Assembly: GCA_031416315.1 (NCBI GenBank)
Contig: JANOTL010000087.1
Coordinates: forward strand, 1-11,283
Origin: Pseudomonadota bacterium
GTDB lineage: Bacteria; Bdellovibrionota_B; Oligoflexia; Oligoflexales; CAIYRB01
Reading direction: 5' to 3'
Length of the DNA: 11,283 nucleotides
Below, in pieces: positions 6,988 to 11,283 of the stretch. Position 1 is the first letter of the stretch, and each line of letters starts with the position of its first letter. A model generated the notes under the pieces. It had not been told where the DNA came from. It made no database searches and worked only from the letters and a program-made list of their open reading frames with translations. A program made the translations under genes and the position numbers.

Positions 6988-7536
6988 TCACGGACTCGAC
7001 TTCCTGGTCTTGCGCACGAACCTAGCCGCCCCGCGACGATCCGACTCGGCGTCGGAGGTCTCTTCGCGGACCTTCAAGAAGGCGTCGCCGATTTTTCTGC
7101 GGGTCGAGGCCGCCGCATACTTCTTGAAGCGGGGGAAGAGGCCTTCCTCTTCCTCGTCCAAGTGATGCTCGAGGATCTCGCAGAAGATCTTCATCTGCTG
7201 AATTTTTCGATCTTTGGCGCGCACGCGTCGGATGCCGGCGAGCACCGTCTCGTGCACTCGGTGCTCCTCGATTCCTTCCAGCGCCAGGCCTTCGAACTTC
7301 TCGTGGCCGCGAACGACGCTCAAAAAGGAGCGCTCCTCTGCGGCCATGTGCGACGTCACGACCGCCTCGAGCTCGTGGAACGACGCGACGATCTTCGCGT
7401 CCGACGACCGCTTCGACTTCACTTCCTTCATCAAGGAGCGCATCAGCTTGTGGTCGGCCAAGAGCAGCTTGATGATGCCATGCGTGGTGGTCGGCTCGCA
7501 TTCGGCGGCCACGCGTCTCAGTTTGGATTTCGCCAC
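6988..7536 (-). CDS. Hemerythrin-like (HHE cation-binding) domain protein
   Basis: Di-iron-type ligand pattern LLADHKLMR...HMAAEE...EEHRVH...HHLDEEEEGLFP. GTG start preceded by GAGGGG. Basic C-terminal tail. Confidence 0.88.
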   Translation of the reverse strand: MAKSKLRRVAAECEPTTTHGIIKLLLADHKLMRSLMKEVKSKRSSDAKIVASFHELEAVVTSHMAAEERSFLSVVRGHEKFEGLALEGIEEHRVHETVLAGIRRVRAKDRKIQQMKIFCEILEHHLDEEEEGLFPRFKKYAAASTRRKIGDAFLKVREETSDAESDRRGAARFVRKTRKSSP

Positions 7537-7560
7537 GGTCCCCTCGTAATGTGTGAGAGG

Positions 7561-7570
7561 ATGTTACCGT
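7561..7570. promoter_or_regulatory. Putative bidirectional -10 element between hemerythrin and symporter genes
   Basis: ATGTTACCGT: the + strand reads TG-n-TACCGT (hexamer 7565-7570). The - strand reads TAACAT (7566-7561), with TGGGCA 17 nt upstream. Same geometry as 1716-1725. Confidence 0.45.
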
Positions 7571-7604
7571 CAACCGAGCCAACTGCCCAGGGAGCTCGTC
7601 GCCC

Positions 7605-8492
7605 ATGGAAGCCTCGATCCTCACGACCGTGCTCCTACCCGTCGCCCTCGGCGTCATCATGCTCGGGCTCGGGCTCGCGCTCACGGTCGAAGACTTCAAG
7701 CGCGTCGTCCAGCAACCGAAAGCGGTCCTGGTCGGGCTCTCTTGCCAGATGTTGCTCTTGCCGCTCGCCTGCGTCGGCATCGCCAAGCTCTTCTCGCTGC
7801 CGCCCGAGCTCGCCGTCGGCTTCATGCTGCTCGCAGCGTCCCCTGGCGGCGCGACCGCCAATCTCTTCAGTCATTTGGCGCGCGGCGACGTGGCGCTCAG
7901 CATCTCGCTGACAGCGGTGAACAGCGTGCTCTCCCTCCTGACGATGCCGCTCCTCGTCAACTGGTCGATGGCGCACTTCCTCGGCCGGGAGCAGATGATC
8001 CCCTTGCAGGCCGACAAGGTCCTCCAGGTCTTCGCCGTCGTCCTCGCGCCGGCGGCCGTGGGTATGCTCATCCGCGCCAAGTCGGCGAATACGGCGGAAA
8101 AGCTCGGAAAGCCCGTCAAGATTCTGTCGATCGTCTTCCTGGTGCTCGTCATCGCCGCGGCCGTCGGGAAAGAGCGCGCGAGCATCAGTGGCTTCATCGA
8201 GCAGGTCGGGCTCGCGGCCTTGGTCTTCAACCTCACGAGCATGGCGGTCGGCTACTTCGTGCCTTTGCTCGCGCGCCTCCCCAAGCGCCAGGCAGTCGCG
8301 ATCGGCATGGAGATCGGCATCCACAACGGCACGCTCGCGATCGCGATCGCCAGCAGCCCGCTCTTGCTCAATAACTCGACGATGGCGATTCCGGCGGCGA
8401 TTTACAGCATGATTATGTTTTTTACGGCGGGCGTATTCGGTTGGCTCGTTACTTTACGGGGGAGGCGTGTAGAAACGCGTGACCACCTCTGA
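7605..8492 (+). CDS. Bile acid:sodium symporter (BASS/SBF) family transporter
   Basis: Motifs IMLGLGLALT.EDF, QMLLLP, ASPGGATANLFSHLARGDVALSISLT and MEIGIHNGTLAIAIA. Many hydrophobic helices. AGGGAG upstream of the ATG. Confidence 0.93.
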   Translation: MEASILTTVLLPVALGVIMLGLGLALTVEDFKRVVQQPKAVLVGLSCQMLLLPLACVGIAKLFSLPPELAVGFMLLAASPGGATANLFSHLARGDVALSISLTAVNSVLSLLTMPLLVNWSMAHFLGREQMIPLQADKVLQVFAVVLAPAAVGMLIRAKSANTAEKLGKPVKILSIVFLVLVIAAAVGKERASISGFIEQVGLAALVFNLTSMAVGYFVPLLARLPKRQAVAIGMEIGIHNGTLAIAIASSPLLLNNSTMAIPAAIYSMIMFFTAGVFGWLVTLRGRRVETRDHL

Positions 8493-11282
8493 GACCGTAT
8501 ATCCGTTGTACATGTGCGCGATCACGAATTTATTGAGCGACGCATCGTAGCCGACGCTCGGATTGCTTTGCTGCGTCACGGTCGTCCACTCTTCGCCGAC
8601 GGGGAAGGGTGAGGTCCAAACGTCCAGCGACTGATCGTAGTAAACGCCCTTGATCTGCTGCGTGTAGTCGACCGGCGGCAGATAGGTCGTATAGCGGTAC
8701 ACCGCGAGAACGTCGCCTTGATCACTGATCGCGTAGCTGAAGCCGCTCGCCGTCGGCGACGTCGCGCTGAGCGCAGAGATCGCGGGTTTGCCTGCCGAGC
8801 AATTGATGTTGCTTTGCGAGGTCACGACACAATGCGTCGCCCATACGGTGTTGGGCGGACCGCCGTTGAGAAGGAAGGCCGCAACGTGGGACCCGTTGTC
8901 GGAGATCTTCACGGCGAACTGGCCCGGCTGGTCGCGCGCGACCATGTCGTTGTAGATCTGCATTGGGGTCGACCACCCGAGGGTGCGATCGTAATGAACT
9001 AGATAGTATTTAGCGGTGCCGGCTATCAATTTGGCGTAGACCACGATGCCCGTGCCGTTCGCCGCCATGGCGCAGTCGACGAGCGAATACGTGGATCCCG
9101 GTTCAAACATCCCGTTGCCATTAGTCCAACTGGTGTCGTACTGCTTCATCATCAAACTGGTGCCGTCGGTCCAAGCACCGAGCCAACGGGTTATGCTCAT
9201 GCTCCGCGGGTTACCGCAGACCGCGGGCATGCTCTTCACGGACGGCGACGGCACCGCCTCGATCGGGCCTGGAGTGCCGAAGATGCTATTCGCCGTGGCG
9301 ACGCCGTAGATCGCGTCGACGCTCGAATCTCTCTTGAAATAGACGCCGCCGAAGCCGCCGTTGCCGGAAGTCACAAGCAGCGGCGTGCCGGGCGCCGCTT
9401 GCGCGGCCGAGGAGATCATCTCGATGCTCAAGGGCCAAATGCTGTACGGAGCAAGCGCCGTCGACGCCACGACGATATTGTCTGAGCGGCGCCATGCGAG
9501 TAGCAAGCGGCTTGAAGAAGTGAACGAGGGGAAGACTTCAAGCTCGCTGCTCAGCTGCGCGGCGTTGTGGACGTGGAGCTCCGTGTCCCAGGCTCCGTCT
9601 TGGTACGTCACGAGCGACGGGTACTCGAGGTCCGAAAAGGCGACGGCGATCGAGCCCGTCCCAGAGGTCGCGAGGCGCGGGCGCATGGGATCGATGGGGC
9701 GGCCGAACATGATGAAATGGTTTTCGGGGCCCAAGCCTTCGCTTCCGCTTCCGCCGCTCGCCAGCGCGAAATTCGCGGCGCTGGCTGAGAGGCGTGCCGG
9801 CGTCGCGGTCTCCGACACGAGGCGAATGCGGGTCGTGGCGCTAGGCGACGCGGGCAACGAGACGATCTGTGAGCCATCGTTGACGACGCCAGTCATCAGG
9901 GTCGTGGGATAAGTCGCGCCGCCGTCGACGGAGACCTGAATCTTCAGGGTTCCAGTAAGGTTCGACGAGGTCCAACGAACGGTGGCGGTCGAGCCGGTGG
10001 TTAAGGACTCACCGCCGTTCGGGTAAGTGATCTGCAGGGTCGAGGCGGCAAGAGTGAAATCCGCGTCGGAAACGTCGGAGACGGTCGTGCCGACTTCGGA
10101 CACGCGCACGCGCGCCGCGGTCCCGGCGCCCGTCACGACCCATTCATGGGTCACGCCCGAGACGTCGGGCGCAATCAAATTCCACGTCCCGCCCGCGTTT
10201 TCCTGGTACTCGAGCTTGACGTTGCCGACGGTCCCCGTCTTGGTCCAAGTCAGAGCTCGCTTCGAGCCGACGATCCAGGTCTCGCCGCCGTTTGGCGCGT
10301 CGAGGCGCAAGGAAGGAGACGCCGCCAGAGGCGGGGTCTGGTCCAGACCAGGACCAGGAGATTGGCCCGGTTCAAGCGTCGCCGGTGCGCCGCCGGGCGG
10401 TGGAGTCATCTGCGGCGCCGCGTTCAGCTGCTCCACGGCCTCCTGCTGGAGCACGGCCTCGTCGACCGTCGGGTCGAGCTGCTTCGCGCGCTCATCGGCG
10501 GGCAGAGCGCTGACGAAGGTGAAGACCGCCGCCTTCTTTTCGGCCGTGCGCTCTTCCGGCGGAAACGCGGCGATCAATCGGTCGTAGAGCTCGGCGTCGA
10601 CGATCGCGCCGTTGGCCTCGCCGACGAGCGCCAGCGCTTCGCGCAAGGTGCCAAGCCCCGAGGCGCCGCTCTTCGCCGCAAGGCGCGCGTCGAAAAGAGC
10701 CCCTGACGCCACGAAGCCCTGCGCGGCCGCCGCGACGGTGGCGACGCCCCGCGCGATCCTCGAGGCGAGATCGGCATCCGTCAGCACGGCGGCGGCCTTC
10801 ACGTTCGCAGTGCAAAGGGCGGCGGCGAGCGCGCCGTAATCAGGCGTTGCCGTCTTATTGCGGCGCACGGCCGACGCCGCGAGCGCGCCGAGCTCCCAGA
10901 GCGCCGGCACGTCGAAGCGGCCACGAGCGAGCAAGCTGCGACAGTCGGCGATCACCAGGACGCGGTCCAAGATCTCCGCCGCGGCGGTCGCCGCCGGGCC
11001 GAGGACGACGGCGGGATCGAGGCTCAGAAGTGGCGGAACGACCGCACGCACGCCGCCGGCGGAAAAGCGCAGGAACTGCGTTCGCGGAAGACCTGGTGCC
11101 GTGAAGCGCCCTCCGACCGTCGGCGCGCTGCGAATCGGACGCCAGCTCGCGAGCTCGCCGGCGAACACGAGCTCTTCGATGACGACGACACCCGTATCCT
11201 GGAGACGCAGGTTCGTGCCCGAGATCGCCACCGGCTCGTCCGCCGCGGTGAAATCCGCATCCGAGACGGCGCCGACGACGAC
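8454..11282 (-). CDS. Large modular, probably secreted/surface protein (helical region, Pro linker, two PNGGE Ig-like domains, C-terminal beta-propeller-like domain); 5'-truncated
   Basis: The frame stays open past the listed GTG 11231 to the window edge (VVVGAVSDADFTAADEPVAISG...). It contains the linker APQMTPPPGGAPATLEPGQSPGPG, tandem domains starting LDAPNGGETW and ITYPNGGESL, and a Ser/Thr/Gly/aromatic-rich repetitive C-terminus. Confidence 0.8.
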   Translation of the reverse strand, partial: VVVGAVSDADFTAADEPVAISGTNLRLQDTGVVVIEELVFAGELASWRPIRSAPTVGGRFTAPGLPRTQFLRFSAGGVRAVVPPLLSLDPAVVLGPAATAAAEILDRVLVIADCRSLLARGRFDVPALWELGALAASAVRRNKTATPDYGALAAALCTANVKAAAVLTDADLASRIARGVATVAAAAQGFVASGALFDARLAAKSGASGLGTLREALALVGEANGAIVDAELYDRLIAAFPPEERTAEKKAAVFTFVSALPADERAKQLDPTVDEAVLQQEAVEQLNAAPQMTPPPGGAPATLEPGQSPGPGLDQTPPLAASPSLRLDAPNGGETWIVGSKRALTWTKTGTVGNVKLEYQENAGGTWNLIAPDVSGVTHEWVVTGAGTAARVRVSEVGTTVSDVSDADFTLAASTLQITYPNGGESLTTGSTATVRWTSSNLTGTLKIQVSVDGGATYPTTLMTGVVNDGSQIVSLPASPSATTRIRLVSETATPARLSASAANFALASGGSGSEGLGPENHFIMFGRPIDPMRPRLATSGTGSIAVAFSDLEYPSLVTYQDGAWDTELHVHNAAQLSSELEVFPSFTSSSRLLLAWRRSDNIVVASTALAPYSIWPLSIEMISSAAQAAPGTPLLVTSGNGGFGGVYFKRDSSVDAIYGVATANSIFGTPGPIEAVPSPSVKSMPAVCGNPRSMSITRWLGAWTDGTSLMMKQYDTSWTNGNGMFEPGSTYSLVDCAMAANGTGIVVYAKLIAGTAKYYLVHYDRTLGWSTPMQIYNDMVARDQPGQFAVKISDNGSHVAAFLLNGGPPNTVWATHCVVTSQSNINCSAGKPAISALSATSPTASGFSYAISDQGDVLAVYRYTTYLPPVDYTQQIKGVYYDQSLDVWTSPFPVGEEWTTVTQQSNPSVGYDASLNKFVIAHMYNGYTVSEVVTRFYTPPP
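9760..10310 (-). repeat. Two tandem ~90-aa PNGGE Ig-like domains (protein-level repeat)
   Basis: PNGGETWIVGSKRALTW..VKLEY..GGTW..ARVRV..SDADFTLA aligns with PNGGESLTTGSTATVRW..LKIQVS.DGGATY..TRIRL..SAANFALA. Boundaries are approximate. Confidence 0.75.
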
Positions 11283-11283
11283 G

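Noticed and set aside
6854..6990. tRNA-Pro as an integration site for a genomic island or prophage
   Set aside because: No integrase and no duplicated tRNA 3' end were seen in the window, and the native-looking terminator directly follows the tRNA. An att repeat outside the window cannot be excluded.
6869..7165. 98-aa ORF starting within the tRNA
   Set aside because: It overlaps the tRNA, the terminator and the antisense of the hemerythrin gene, so it is spurious.
7571..7574. TTGACG on the minus strand (7574-7569) as the -35 for the hemerythrin gene
   Set aside because: There is no TAnnnT hexamer at 16-18 nt spacing. It lies 1 nt from the TAACAT -10 candidate instead.

Overview
High-GC bacterial chromosomal segment. 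The gene content suggests Myxococcota or Bdellovibrionota-like 'deltaproteobacteria', but that is inference only. From left to right: (1) On the minus strand is a translationally coupled pair, an MBL-fold metallohydrolase (about 1708->629) and a secreted histidine-brace LPMO-like protein with a Pro-rich linker (632->off the left edge). The second gene is missing from the supplied ORF track. (2) A divergent, tightly coupled thrA-thrB-thrC operon has no attenuator and is followed by a small CxxC..CxxC membrane protein. (3) tRNA-Pro(CGG) has its own promoter and intrinsic terminator. (4) A hemerythrin-like gene is divergent from a bile acid:Na+ symporter-family gene. (5) A large 5'-truncated minus-strand protein has a Pro linker, two 'PNGGE' Ig-like domains and a probable 8-bladed beta-propeller. 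No integrase, transposase, CRISPR or defence system is visible. The two most notable observations are the unannotated His-brace protein coupled to the MBL hydrolase, and a shared symmetric bidirectional -10 element (ATGnTAnnnT) at both divergent junctions. At the thrA junction it predicts back-to-back leaderless mRNAs from only 24 bp of intergenic DNA.
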